Shown here: piece after piece, positions 18,643 to 28,910 of the stretch | How the letters are laid out: each line of letters begins with the position of its first letter | Position numbering within the stretch: position 1 is the stretch's first letter | Assembly (NCBI GenBank): GCA_039028615.1 | Contig: JBCCHT010000012.1 | Location: forward strand, 160,001-224,000 | Origin: Myxococcota bacterium | Lineage (GTDB): Bacteria; Myxococcota_A; Polyangia; Nannocystales; Nannocystaceae | DNA length: 64,000 bases | Direction: 5' to 3' | Translations under genes and position numbers: made by a program | Notes under the pieces: model-generated | The model's database searches: none | Seen by the model: only the letters and a program-made list of their open reading frames with translations | Told to the model about the DNA's origin: nothing

Positions 18643-19266
18643 ATGGAGCGCAGCGACATCGAACTGCTCGATGCCTGGCAGAGTGGAGAGGGTGATGCCG
18701 GAGCCACCCTATATGCCCGGTACTTCGAACTCGTCCGCAACCTGTTGCGAGGGAAGACGGCCGAGGAAGAGGACGTCCTGCAGCGCGTCTTCGAATGCCT
18801 GGCGCGATCCCGCGGGGCGATGGAGATCCGCACGAGCTTTCGCGCCTATCTCGCCGCGATCGCCCGCAACGAGCTCATCAAGCACCTCCGCGAGCGGGCC
18901 AAGGACCCCCAAGACTTCGACCCGCAGATGGCCTCGGCCGAGTCCTTGATGCCCTCGCCGAGCGAGGTCGTGGCCCGACGGGCCGAGCACCAGGTCCTGC
19001 TCATGGCCCTGCTGCGAATTCCGCTCGATGCCCAGATCTTGCTCGAGCTGCACTACTGGGAGCACATGTCGACGGCCGAGCTGGGCGAGGCCTATGACGT
19101 CCCCCGCAGCACGGTCAAGTCCCGGCTGCAGCGAGCACGACGGCAGCTGGAGGACCAGTTTCGCGCCATGACCCTCGATCCGACGCTGGCCGAGCACACC
19201 ACGCGGAACATCCAGCGCTGGGTTCATGCCATTCGCGAGCAGGCCAACTGGGAGCTCGGGCGGTGA
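18643..19266 (+). CDS. ECF-type RNA polymerase sigma-70 factor
   Basis: LYARYFELVRNL, EDVLQRVF, SFRAYLAAIARN; sigma4 LELHYWEHMSTAELGEAYDVPRSTVKSRLQRAR. Confidence 0.92.
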   Translation: MERSDIELLDAWQSGEGDAGATLYARYFELVRNLLRGKTAEEEDVLQRVFECLARSRGAMEIRTSFRAYLAAIARNELIKHLRERAKDPQDFDPQMASAESLMPSPSEVVARRAEHQVLLMALLRIPLDAQILLELHYWEHMSTAELGEAYDVPRSTVKSRLQRARRQLEDQFRAMTLDPTLAEHTTRNIQRWVHAIREQANWELGR

Positions 19267-22022
19267 GCACGACCTCGGTCTCGCGTGTCTTCCGACTCAA
19301 CGACCGCCCGGTCGACGAGGTCGCCGATCGCCACCTCGAGCGGAGGATCGCGAGCCGGCTCTTTTCGACCGTCGCCCCCCGCATGACGATCGGGCGCTTC
19401 GAGGTCCTGGGGACCCTCGGCAAGGGCGGCGGCGGCATCGTCTACGAGGCTCGCGATCCCAAGCTGCATCGTCGGGTCGCGATCAAGGTCTACGCCTCCC
19501 ACCCCTGCGCGGCACGGGCCAGCACCCTGCGCTTCGAGGGCAGCGAGCTCCATACCGAGGCACGCACCCTCGCTCAGCTCTCGCACCCCAACATCGTCAA
19601 GGTGTTCGAGGTCGACGAGGACGGCGGGGACGTGTTCATCGTGATGGAGAAGGTGGAGGGCGCGAACCTGCTGCAGTGGCTGCTGGGCGCGGGGCAGCAC
19701 AGTCCCCTGGCAACGAAACTTCGGTTGCTCAGCGGCGCGGCCAAGGGACTGAGGGCGGCCCACGCCCACGGGGTGGTGCACGGGGACATCAAGCCGGGCA
19801 ACATCCTGGTCGACGGCAAGCTCAACGCGATGCTGGCCGACTTCGGCCTGGCGTCGCCGCTCGACGACGACACGGGCTCGGGCGCCCGCCGCCAGACGCT
19901 CGCGGGCACGCCTCCCTATATGGCGCCCGAGCAGCACTACCGCGCCCCCCCGAGCGTGCGCACCGACATCTACTCGTTCTGCGTCACGGTCCTCGAGGTC
20001 CTGACGGCGCAGCGAGTCTTTCGCGGCACCTCGCTCGAGGAAATCATCGAAGCCAAGACGCGCGGGGTCGAGCAATTCATGGGCATGGTGCCTCCGCACC
20101 TGCGGGCCGCCTTGCGAGCGGGGACCCAGCACGATCCTCGTCGGCGGCTCGACACCATGGAACCGCTGGTCGAAGCGCTGAGCCGACCTGCGACCGGACG
20201 ACGCAAGGGGCTATGGGCCATCCTCGCGGCGATCGGCCTGAGCTCGGCCACGGCCCTGGCGAGCGTCGGTGACCACGACGAGCCGTGCCAGCCCTCCCCG
20301 CACCGTCTCGAAGAGGTCTGGAGCGGGGAGCACCGCGGCGGCATCGAGGAGGCCTTCGTGCGCACGGGTCTCGAGCTGGCCCCGGAGGCGGCGCGGCGCA
20401 CCATCGTCGCGCTCGATGGCTATGGAGCCCAGTGGCAGCAGGGGGCCCGTGAGCACTGCGATGCGATGGACATGATGAGCACCGAGCTCAGCCTGCGCCA
20501 AGCCGCGTGCCTCCATCGCAGCCTCGCCGCCATGACCTCGCTGGTGCAGCTGCTGCAGACGGCCGATGCCGCGTTGGTGACCTCCGCCCCCATGGCCGTG
20601 GCTTCGCTGCCCGGGATCGACGGCTGCGAGGCGGACGTGCTCGACCCGCAAGCCCGCACGGCCTCCGAGGCGGAGATTCTCACCGAGCTCGCCCGCACCG
20701 AGATCACCCGAGAAGCGGGCCGCTTCCGCGAGGCCGATGCCATGCTCGGCGGGCTGGTCGAACGCTCGGAACAATCGAGCCCCGGCATTCGTGCCCGCGT
20801 GCTCGACGTGGGAGGCATGACCGCTCGCGATCTCGGCGACACCGAGCGCGCCCACGCCATGCTCGAGCAAGCCTATGAGTTCGCCGTGCAGGCCGACGAC
20901 GACGAGATCGTGGTCCGTACCGCCGCCAACCTCAGCAGAGTCGTGGGGTTCTACAACGGTCGGCAGGACACGGGCCGCACCTGGGACCAGGTGGCGATGG
21001 CTCGCGCCCAGCGATTGCCGGCCGATTCCGAGGCGCGGCTCGATGCCATGCGCAACCACATCTCTCGGCTTTTTTTCGAGACGAGATACGCCGAGGCCGT
21101 GCCGCTGCTCCGCGAGTACGGCGAGCGCGTGCGGGCGGCCGGGATCCGCCCCTTCGAACGCGTGGGAGTACCCAACGACCTCGCCGTCGCCTGCATCCAG
21201 CTCGGGTACTACGCCAAGGCCAAGGTCCAGCTCGAGCGCGCCCTCGCGGCGGGCAAGGAGCTGCTCGGGGCCGACCACCCCCGGCTCAACGAAGTCTATT
21301 TCAACCTCGCGTTCGTCAGCCGCTTCGAGGGCGAGAGCACGAAGGCCCGACGCTACCTCGAGCGCGCGTACTCGATCTCTCGCGCCGCCCGGGGCCCCGA
21401 CCACGAGGCGGTGGCCATGCCCGCGTTGATGCTGGCGGAGCTCGATCTGGAGGCGGGGCACATCGAGCGAGCGCGCGAGCGCGTCGACATGAGCCACCAG
21501 ATCCTCACCAAGCTCCACCCCGAGGGCACCCGGGATTTCTCCGCGTCGTATCGCATGCAGGGAGAACTCGCGCGGCTCGAGGGCGACCACCAACGCTCGA
21601 TTCGGCTCCAGCGTCGGGCCCTCGAGGTCGTGTACCGCTACACCTCGCGGGACTATCCGGGCAGCGCCAAGTATCTGCTGACCCTGGGGCGAGCGCTGCA
21701 CGACGGCGGCAAGCTCGAGGAGGCGCACGAAGTGCTGGCCGACGCAGAGGCGATGATGCGCGAGCATCGGGCCGAGACGGTCATGCGCTGGCAGGCCACG
21801 CTGCATCGCGCCGCCGTGCTGTGGGACGAAGGCCAGATCGAGCACGCGCGCCGAGTCGCTCGGCCGGCCCTGCGCGAGCTGTCGCAGCGTGGCACCGAGG
21901 CGGCCCTGGCGTCCGTGGAGTGGTGGAACGAGCGCGACGACGGGCCCTCAGTGGCCAGCAATGGCCTCGAGCCACCGGTCGATGGCCGCGACATCCTCCG
22001 AGTGTCGATCCACGCCCCGTAG
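19263..22022 (+). CDS. Ser/Thr protein kinase with TM and TPR repeats
   Basis: GTGA overlap with sigma; LGKGGGGIVY, VAIK, HGDIKPGN, DFG, GTPPYMAPE, TDIYSFCV; LGADHP and RGPDHE repeats. Confidence 0.9.
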   Translation: MSTTSVSRVFRLNDRPVDEVADRHLERRIASRLFSTVAPRMTIGRFEVLGTLGKGGGGIVYEARDPKLHRRVAIKVYASHPCAARASTLRFEGSELHTEARTLAQLSHPNIVKVFEVDEDGGDVFIVMEKVEGANLLQWLLGAGQHSPLATKLRLLSGAAKGLRAAHAHGVVHGDIKPGNILVDGKLNAMLADFGLASPLDDDTGSGARRQTLAGTPPYMAPEQHYRAPPSVRTDIYSFCVTVLEVLTAQRVFRGTSLEEIIEAKTRGVEQFMGMVPPHLRAALRAGTQHDPRRRLDTMEPLVEALSRPATGRRKGLWAILAAIGLSSATALASVGDHDEPCQPSPHRLEEVWSGEHRGGIEEAFVRTGLELAPEAARRTIVALDGYGAQWQQGAREHCDAMDMMSTELSLRQAACLHRSLAAMTSLVQLLQTADAALVTSAPMAVASLPGIDGCEADVLDPQARTASEAEILTELARTEITREAGRFREADAMLGGLVERSEQSSPGIRARVLDVGGMTARDLGDTERAHAMLEQAYEFAVQADDDEIVVRTAANLSRVVGFYNGRQDTGRTWDQVAMARAQRLPADSEARLDAMRNHISRLFFETRYAEAVPLLREYGERVRAAGIRPFERVGVPNDLAVACIQLGYYAKAKVQLERALAAGKELLGADHPRLNEVYFNLAFVSRFEGESTKARRYLERAYSISRAARGPDHEAVAMPALMLAELDLEAGHIERARERVDMSHQILTKLHPEGTRDFSASYRMQGELARLEGDHQRSIRLQRRALEVVYRYTSRDYPGSAKYLLTLGRALHDGGKLEEAHEVLADAEAMMREHRAETVMRWQATLHRAAVLWDEGQIEHARRVARPALRELSQRGTEAALASVEWWNERDDGPSVASNGLEPPVDGRDILRVSIHAP

Positions 22023-24977
22023 CAGGGCATCCAGGGCCTGGCGAGCGAGCTGGGCCGCATGGGCCGAGTTGTCTCGAGCTTCGTGCACGCGGGCGACCCC
22101 GAACAGGGCGCGGCCGCGAAGGACCAGGCCGCTGTTGCCTCCCTCGGTGAGGGCCAGCGCCCGCTCGAGGTGCGTCGCCGCCTCGTCCACTCGCCCGGAC
22201 TCGAGCTCGACGATCCCCAGCTCGAGGAGCAGCTCGATGAGGTTGCGATGCTCCCGTCCCCACTCCTTCTCGGCCCGACGCAGCCCTCGCTCGAGTTCAT
22301 CGTGGGCCTCGTCGAGCTTCCCCGTGCGTTGCAGGAGTGCGCCCCGCAGTCGGTGTACGGGGGCATCCCCGGTCGGCGCCGTACCGACGCCCTCGTCGAG
22401 CGTCTCCTCGACTGCTTCGAGCGTCTCGGCCGCTTCCTCGAGGCGGCCCAGGTCGAGCAATGCCCACACCTTGTAGGCCAGCAGACGCCGCACCGTCTTG
22501 ACGTTCGACTCCGTTCCTCGCTCGAGGATCCGCAGCCCTCGCTGCACCTGGACCAGCGCCCGCTCGGCATCGCCCTGACGCCGGTACACGTCGCCGCGAT
22601 CGCCCAGCAGCATCGCGTAGTCGGGATGCTCCTCCCCCATGACCGGGGCATAGGCCTCGAGCGCCTGGGTGAAGTCGCGCTCGGCCTCGCTCAGGCGACC
22701 GAGCTGCACCAAGATCGCCGCCCGGGTGCCCTGCGAGCGAGCGAAGGTCGGATGCCCCTCGCCGACCGTCTCGCGCAGGACCTCCATCGCCCCGTTCATC
22801 TCGTCGAGCGCCAGCCCGTTGTTGCCCTGAAACATCAGCAGGAGCGCATACGCGGACTCGACCTGAGCATAGCGCGGGTGCTGGCGACCCACCGCGACGT
22901 CGAGCAGCTCCATCGCTCGCTGCAGATGCGATGCGGCATCGTCGAGCTTGTTCAGGCCCTGGTAGCAGAGGCTCAGGTTGAAGTGGCACACGCCCGCGCT
23001 CAAGCTCGCGGGGCCGTCGGCCTCGATGGTCTCGTCGAGCGAGCGCTGAAAGTGGGGAAGCGCCCGCTCGATGTCGTCGTTGACCGCGTAGACCACCGCC
23101 AGGTTGCCCTCGAGCTTGGCCCGCAGCGACCGTGAATCCGTCAGCTCGGCGAGCGAGGCCTCGGCATGCCGGGCCCATTGCTCCGCGGCCGGGGTGTCGT
23201 CGAGATCGGTGCCCGCCACGAACACCAACGCGATCGCAGCCGTGGCCGCGGTGTGGTGCGCTCCGTGGCGCTGGGCCTGGTAGGCCGCCTCGGACAGGTG
23301 TTCCCGGGCTTCCCGGGGTTTGCCCGCCCCGAGGAACGCCTGCCCGAGCCGGAGCCGGGCACGGGCCTGGAGCGTGGGATGGTCACCGCTCTGCGCCAGC
23401 TCCAGCGCCTTGCGAGCCGCCTCGATGGACCCCTCGGATGCGCCCTGCTCCTCGGTGTCCATGCTCTTTTCCATCCACGCTTCGACCCGAGATTCGAGGG
23501 CCAGGTACTCCTGGCTCGGATCCCGCGGCGCACCATCGCGAAGCCGCTCTGCATCTTCACACCGCGCGACATCGGGCCACGACGAGACCTGCTCGATGGC
23601 GCTGCGGATCGTGCCCACGTCTGCCTCGCGAAACCGTCCCAAGGTCTCCGCCATCCGCGAGCGGGCTCGGTTCAGGCATCGCAGCTGGCGCTCGAGCCCA
23701 GGCGCCGCATCGTCCGCCTGAGCGTGCCCGGTGCACACGGCTTCGTAGGCTTGCTCCCATCGTCGCGTCCGCTCGTCGACCATGGGAACGACCCGCGACG
23801 CGGTATCGGCCGCATAGGTGAGCCCGGACTGCGAAAACCCGTCTCGGACCTGCGCCCGCGCTTCATCGTTCCACATCGCGGCCGTACTCGCGTCGCGAAG
23901 ATCGCAGCGCCGTTGGGTCCTCGCGTCGAGGCCGACGAAGCTGATGCCCGCCACCACCGTCAGTGCGACGCCCGCCCCGAGCAAACGTCGGCGCCAGGGA
24001 AGTCGGGCGCGGATCCGCCGTAGCTCGTCACGCACCACGTCCATCGTCGGGTGGCGCTTGGCCGCCTCGGGGGCCATGCCGACGCGCAGAAGCTCGATCA
24101 GCCGCCGCGGCAGGCGAAAGCGACCGTTGCCGAAATCGATCGGTTGGCGCAGCTTGGCCCGAGCCAACCACCGCAGGTTCTTGTCGACATGCGGCCGACG
24201 CCCCATCAATAGCTCGTACAGCGCGACACAAAACGCGTACTGGTCGCTGCGCGGCCCCACCTCGCCCGTGGTCAGCTGCTCGGGGGCCATGTAGGGCGGC
24301 GAGCCCATCACCACGCCATCGCTCGTCAGCGAAGAGCGCCCATCCAGCTCGTGCTCACCGAGTTCATCCAGATTGACGCCGAGCCTCGGGCTCAGGTCGT
24401 CCTCGCGGTTGGAGATGCGGGCGAGCCCGAAGTCCATGACCAGCACCCGGCCGGAGGGTTGCCGCATGAGGTTGCCCGGCTTGAGATCGCGATGAATGAA
24501 GCCCGCCTCGTGGACCGCGGCCAGGCCGGCCGCGACTTGCTCGAAGACCTCGAGGATCTCCGGCAGCGGGGGCTCCCCCTTGGCCCACCGCGACAACGTG
24601 CCCCCCTCCACCAGCTCCATGGCGATGAACACCCGCTGCTCGTGTACGCCGACGTCGTAGATCGAGACCACGTTCGGGTGGGACACGCTCGCCGCGGCCA
24701 TCGCCTCGCGCCGTAGCCTCTGCGCTGCCCGCTCGTCCTGTCCGATGCGATCGTGGAGCAGCTTGATGGCGATGGTCCGCTCGAGTCGAGGATCCCAAGC
24801 ACGCCACACCACCCCGAACCCACCTGCGCCGAGCTCCTGCAGGATCTGGTAGCGGTCGATGGAGCTGCCCGGGTAGCGGCTGGCCTCGAACGCGTTGCGC
24901 AGCTCGTCGTCGAGTTCCTGAGGACCGCCCAAGCCCGAGGCCGTCGCCTCGAGCCTCGGATCCTCGCCATCGGTCAC
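21948..24977 (-). CDS. Ser/Thr protein kinase with TM and TPR repeats
   Basis: LGAGGFGVVW, IAIK, HRDLKPGN, DFG, GSPPYMAPE, SDQYAFCV; VGRQHP, VGEGHP and MGEEHP repeats. Confidence 0.92.
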   Translation of the reverse strand: MTDGEDPRLEATASGLGGPQELDDELRNAFEASRYPGSSIDRYQILQELGAGGFGVVWRAWDPRLERTIAIKLLHDRIGQDERAAQRLRREAMAAASVSHPNVVSIYDVGVHEQRVFIAMELVEGGTLSRWAKGEPPLPEILEVFEQVAAGLAAVHEAGFIHRDLKPGNLMRQPSGRVLVMDFGLARISNREDDLSPRLGVNLDELGEHELDGRSSLTSDGVVMGSPPYMAPEQLTTGEVGPRSDQYAFCVALYELLMGRRPHVDKNLRWLARAKLRQPIDFGNGRFRLPRRLIELLRVGMAPEAAKRHPTMDVVRDELRRIRARLPWRRRLLGAGVALTVVAGISFVGLDARTQRRCDLRDASTAAMWNDEARAQVRDGFSQSGLTYAADTASRVVPMVDERTRRWEQAYEAVCTGHAQADDAAPGLERQLRCLNRARSRMAETLGRFREADVGTIRSAIEQVSSWPDVARCEDAERLRDGAPRDPSQEYLALESRVEAWMEKSMDTEEQGASEGSIEAARKALELAQSGDHPTLQARARLRLGQAFLGAGKPREAREHLSEAAYQAQRHGAHHTAATAAIALVFVAGTDLDDTPAAEQWARHAEASLAELTDSRSLRAKLEGNLAVVYAVNDDIERALPHFQRSLDETIEADGPASLSAGVCHFNLSLCYQGLNKLDDAASHLQRAMELLDVAVGRQHPRYAQVESAYALLLMFQGNNGLALDEMNGAMEVLRETVGEGHPTFARSQGTRAAILVQLGRLSEAERDFTQALEAYAPVMGEEHPDYAMLLGDRGDVYRRQGDAERALVQVQRGLRILERGTESNVKTVRRLLAYKVWALLDLGRLEEAAETLEAVEETLDEGVGTAPTGDAPVHRLRGALLQRTGKLDEAHDELERGLRRAEKEWGREHRNLIELLLELGIVELESGRVDEAATHLERALALTEGGNSGLVLRGRALFGVARVHEARDNSAHAAQLARQALDALLRGVDRHSEDVAAIDRWLEAIAGH

Positions 24978-24996
24978 CGCGTAAGCATACCGGTTT

Positions 24997-27792
24997 CTAT
25001 ATCCACTGGTAGCTGGGCATCTCGGTCAGACCGGGCACTTCGCGCACCGTGCCCAGGTTGTTGCCACGCGGGTGAAACAGAGGAACCAGGATGAAACGCC
25101 CGTGGGGCACCGTCCACGCCCCGCCAATGCCCTCGAGGTTGTGGTGGGCGACTTCGACGAAGTTGTCGCCCTCGCGGCTCATCCAGATCGGCGAAACTTC
25201 ATCGTAGTGGGCGAGCAGTCGATCGCGAGCCTCCGTCACCAGGGAGGGTGCTCCCGAGACCGGACAGTGGTTGAAGGTCGCGATCTCGCCGTCGTACTGC
25301 ATGCTGCGATAGGTCCAATTCGAGGTCCCGCACACGAGGTACTCGTCGTCGAAGATCGCCAGCTTGGAGTGGATGGTCGGCTGGTCGAGGCCCACGTGGG
25401 GCGGCGCCCCGAAGCGCACCGGAGTGTAGAAATGAAACGTCCCCTCGACGGCGGTGATGCGGGTGAACGGCACCGTCTTGGTGCCCCGCCCGTTCTCCTT
25501 CGTGATCTCGAGCCCGTCGCCCAGCAGCCAGCGCTGGTGAGGTTGGAGCGTAGCGCCCGTCGAGCCGTCGTAGGAGTCGATCACGTTCCAGACCGATGCC
25601 CCCACCCGGTCCACGTCGCGCTGCTCGTTGGGGTTGCTCTTGGACATGTAGAACACGCGCTGGCAGATCGGCGGAGGCATCCGCAAGATGAGCTGCAGCC
25701 ACGAACGCCTGGTCATGAGACCAAAGCCCCCCGGGGTCCCGATGTTGGTGAGGATGCGGATCCGCAGCGCCGGGTTGGCCTGCCAGGCCTGGTACAGCGC
25801 ACGGACGATCTCCGGGTCCGTGAACTGGTTGTTCTCCATGTAGATGTAGTGCTTGGCGGCGGAGATGCGCGCGAGGATCTCGTCGCGTAGGTCGCGGTGG
25901 CGGAACAGCGTGGTGGAGCGGGTCAGCCGAATGGCGGTGGTCGTCGTCGGCGTGGTGACCGTCTGCGGGGTGTCGTTGGGCTCGATCCGCACCGCGGCCG
26001 CGCGCAGGGTGCTGCGACTGCCCGCCCCCACGTAGCGCGTACGCACCTGACGGGTGAGCCGAGCGGTGGGGATGGTGGCCGCCTGCATGGCCACCGCCCG
26101 ATTCCACCGCCGCATCCACTCCGCCTCGATGGCATCCGTACCCGGACCCACCACCCGGACCGCGGTGTCGTGCCATCCGTTCTTCTTCTGAGGATCGTTC
26201 ATGTGGCGACGGTGGTCACAGCAGTCCCAGTAGTAGTTGGCGAGGTTGAAGCCCCCCACGATCGCCGTACGCTGGCCGCCGACGGAGAAGATGGCGATCT
26301 TCTCGTGATTGCTCGATCCGGTGACGCCTTCGTAGCGCTCGAGATAGACCCGGACTCGCCCCGGCAGCGGGTCGGGAGGAGGCTTGGCCGCGGCGGCCGT
26401 GGCCGCGATCGCATCCTTGACCATCAGCGCATCGGCCAAGCGCGCGTGCTCCTGGGCGTGGTGCCCCTCCTTGAAGCGGTCCTTGAAATTCGGATACCAG
26501 ACGATGATGTCGACGTCGTGCCCGGCCATGATCACGCGGGCCACGTGCTCCACCAACGTCTCCTGCGCGTTACCGTAGTGCGTCCGGTCGCCGAGATAGA
26601 CCGAAGCGTTGATCATCCAGTAGGCCAGGCGCACATAGGTGTGAGGCCCGGGCTGGGCGGCGGCGACGGCCATCATCTGGGTCCGCAGCTCGCCGAAGTA
26701 CTGCTCCCCGTCCATGAGGAAATCGACCTCGTCCGTGCCCATCGTGGCCTTCTCTCCGTACGTGAAGCAGCCGGGGAGCACCGCGCTTTGGCCATCGGAG
26801 CCGGTCACCTTGACGTCGACCGTGCCCGGGCCCACGCCGGGGGGCGCTCGGACGTAGAGCAGCTTGCGGTGCATGAACATCCGCTTGGCGGGCACGGTGC
26901 CGAACTCGACCTTGGGGTACTTGGCGCGCTCGAAGTACTCGCCTTCGATGCGCACCGTGGTGCCCCCGGCCACGATGCCGTGCTTGGGCATCAGCGCGTC
27001 GATGCGAGGCGCGTGATAGGTGTAGGCATCGGGGAGTTCGTCGAAGGCGACGTTCGAGTTCCCCACCGCCACCGAGACGGGACCTTCGGGACCCGGGGGG
27101 ATGCGAACCCGCAGCTGGGTGGTGCTCAGGCGCTCGATGTCGGTGACGTTGACGCCCCCGAACTCGACCCAGGTCTTGCCGTTGAAGTGGGTGCCCGTGA
27201 TCGTCAGCCGGGTCCCGCCCGCGGTGGGCCCTCGCGTCGCGCTGAGCTTGGTGATCGTCGGGGGGTGGAACTCGAAGCCCTGCGGGAGGTCACCGTAGAC
27301 GCCATCCGGGTTCTGAATCCGCACGTCCACCTTGCCGACCAGGTCGATGGGCAGCATGGCCCGCACGTCGGTGGGGCTGTCCCAGACCTCGTGGGACGAC
27401 TGCGCGCCGTCGAAGTAGACCCGGCATCCCGGCGCGAAGTAGTCGCCCGTGATCAGCACGACCTGCTCGGCCCCGGCCGAGGCCGAAGTCGGCGCGACCG
27501 CATCGAGCCGCGGCGCGTGATACTCGAAGCCCTCGGGCAAGGTCGCCACGCTCCCGTCGGGCCGGGTGAGCACCACCGCCACCGTGCCCGGCATGCTCGG
27601 CCCAACCGTGACCGTCAGCGACTCGGGCTCGACCCTCACCACCGTCGCCGGACGATGGCCGACCTTCACCGTCAGCCCGGGCTCGAAGCCCTGCCCTTCG
27701 ATGACGACCTCGTAACCGCCTCCGGTCGGGCCTCCGGGAGGCACGCAGCGACGGAGGGTGATGGGTATGGCGTGTTCGGCTTCGGTCAGCAC
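24997..27792 (-). CDS. IPT/TIG-repeat (x4) phospholipase D-superfamily protein
   Basis: Four ~80-aa repeats (GPTxGG...I.G..F...F.Y); PLD motifs DGEQYF, NHEKIAIFS, WHD, YIYMEN and IHSKLAIFDD...GTSNW...RS. Confidence 0.85.
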   Translation of the reverse strand: MLTEAEHAIPITLRRCVPPGGPTGGGYEVVIEGQGFEPGLTVKVGHRPATVVRVEPESLTVTVGPSMPGTVAVVLTRPDGSVATLPEGFEYHAPRLDAVAPTSASAGAEQVVLITGDYFAPGCRVYFDGAQSSHEVWDSPTDVRAMLPIDLVGKVDVRIQNPDGVYGDLPQGFEFHPPTITKLSATRGPTAGGTRLTITGTHFNGKTWVEFGGVNVTDIERLSTTQLRVRIPPGPEGPVSVAVGNSNVAFDELPDAYTYHAPRIDALMPKHGIVAGGTTVRIEGEYFERAKYPKVEFGTVPAKRMFMHRKLLYVRAPPGVGPGTVDVKVTGSDGQSAVLPGCFTYGEKATMGTDEVDFLMDGEQYFGELRTQMMAVAAAQPGPHTYVRLAYWMINASVYLGDRTHYGNAQETLVEHVARVIMAGHDVDIIVWYPNFKDRFKEGHHAQEHARLADALMVKDAIAATAAAAKPPPDPLPGRVRVYLERYEGVTGSSNHEKIAIFSVGGQRTAIVGGFNLANYYWDCCDHRRHMNDPQKKNGWHDTAVRVVGPGTDAIEAEWMRRWNRAVAMQAATIPTARLTRQVRTRYVGAGSRSTLRAAAVRIEPNDTPQTVTTPTTTTAIRLTRSTTLFRHRDLRDEILARISAAKHYIYMENNQFTDPEIVRALYQAWQANPALRIRILTNIGTPGGFGLMTRRSWLQLILRMPPPICQRVFYMSKSNPNEQRDVDRVGASVWNVIDSYDGSTGATLQPHQRWLLGDGLEITKENGRGTKTVPFTRITAVEGTFHFYTPVRFGAPPHVGLDQPTIHSKLAIFDDEYLVCGTSNWTYRSMQYDGEIATFNHCPVSGAPSLVTEARDRLLAHYDEVSPIWMSREGDNFVEVAHHNLEGIGGAWTVPHGRFILVPLFHPRGNNLGTVREVPGLTEMPSYQWI

Positions 27793-28910
27793 AAATGCAG
27801 CTCCTCGAGGGCATCCACCGTGGCGTCGTCGAGTGCGCCCGTCTCCGGGATGCCCGCCTCGCGTTGGAGGTCACGCAACGCCCGAACCGTGCGGGGTCCG
27901 AGCTCGCCCTGTTCGTCTTCGTCGTGGACGAGCAAGCCCAGCGAGCGCAGCCGGGCTTGGACGCCGCTCACGCGATCGAGCGGATCCAGGTGATTGACGA
28001 GCAGCTCGTAGCGCTCGGTTTCGGATTCGGCGCCCAGCTCGAGGGTGACGCGCTCGGTGTCGATGAGCATGGGCTCGTCGAGCTGCCCGTCGGCGTCGAG
28101 CCGACCGTCACGAACCTGGCCTCCGCCCGAGCCGTGCAGGGTGAGCAAATACGGCACGTCCGCGCGTGCCTCCCCGGCCCCGTCGAGGAAGCGCAGCTGC
28201 AGCATCGGTGTTTCCACGAACCGACGCACTCGGACCCGACTGCCCGCTTCCACGCGCTGTGGCTCGACCTGCAGGGCGGGGATCTCCACCACGTCCCCCG
28301 GCGCGAGCACGTTGGGGTGCGGCCGCTGCTGCCTCAGCGCGGCGTTGGCCTCCCAGAGTCGCTCGCAGCCGAAGCCATGGCGAGCGGCGATCTCGCTCAG
28401 GCCCTCGCCCGGCTGGACCTCGTACTGCGTCGGGCCCGTGGTCGGGGGCGGCTCGCTCCACTCGGCTTTGGCCCGGCTGCTCGCCTCCGCGTCTTCCATC
28501 CTCTCGCTGTCCTCGAGCGTCCATCGTTCGGCATCCACATCAGGCAGGCTCAGCGCGTAGCTCCCGGGCTCGAGCCCCTCGAAGCGCAGGTCACCGCGCA
28601 CGTCCGTCCGCCCGAGCAGCGACTTCCCGTCGCCGTTGCGCAGCTCCACCGTCGCCCCCGCCACCGGGTGCTCGTGTTGGTCGCATAGCCGCACCTCGAT
28701 CGCCCGCCGTCGCGGATCGCCGCACCCCTCGACATCCCCCGCGATGCATCCGTTCGCAGCGCCCCCCGTCGCGGTGTCGGCCGCAGCCAATCGCGCCGCC
28801 ATGTCCGACACGACTGGTTCGGGCTCGGTCTCCTCTCCCGGATAGGGATACGCCAAGACGCTCGGCCAGCGAGCACCCCCTTCCAGACGAAGCGCGCGTT
28901 CATGGCTCAC
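27786..28910 (-). CDS. LysM + peptidoglycan-binding domain protein
   Basis: GTG start overlapping the upstream stop; LysM YEVQPGEGLSEIAARHG...LWEAN...LAPGDVVEIP; PGBD GVQARLRSLG...GPRTVRALRDLQREAGIPETGALDDAT. Confidence 0.82.
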   Translation of the reverse strand: MSHERALRLEGGARWPSVLAYPYPGEETEPEPVVSDMAARLAAADTATGGAANGCIAGDVEGCGDPRRRAIEVRLCDQHEHPVAGATVELRNGDGKSLLGRTDVRGDLRFEGLEPGSYALSLPDVDAERWTLEDSERMEDAEASSRAKAEWSEPPPTTGPTQYEVQPGEGLSEIAARHGFGCERLWEANAALRQQRPHPNVLAPGDVVEIPALQVEPQRVEAGSRVRVRRFVETPMLQLRFLDGAGEARADVPYLLTLHGSGGGQVRDGRLDADGQLDEPMLIDTERVTLELGAESETERYELLVNHLDPLDRVSGVQARLRSLGLLVHDEDEQGELGPRTVRALRDLQREAGIPETGALDDATVDALEELHLC

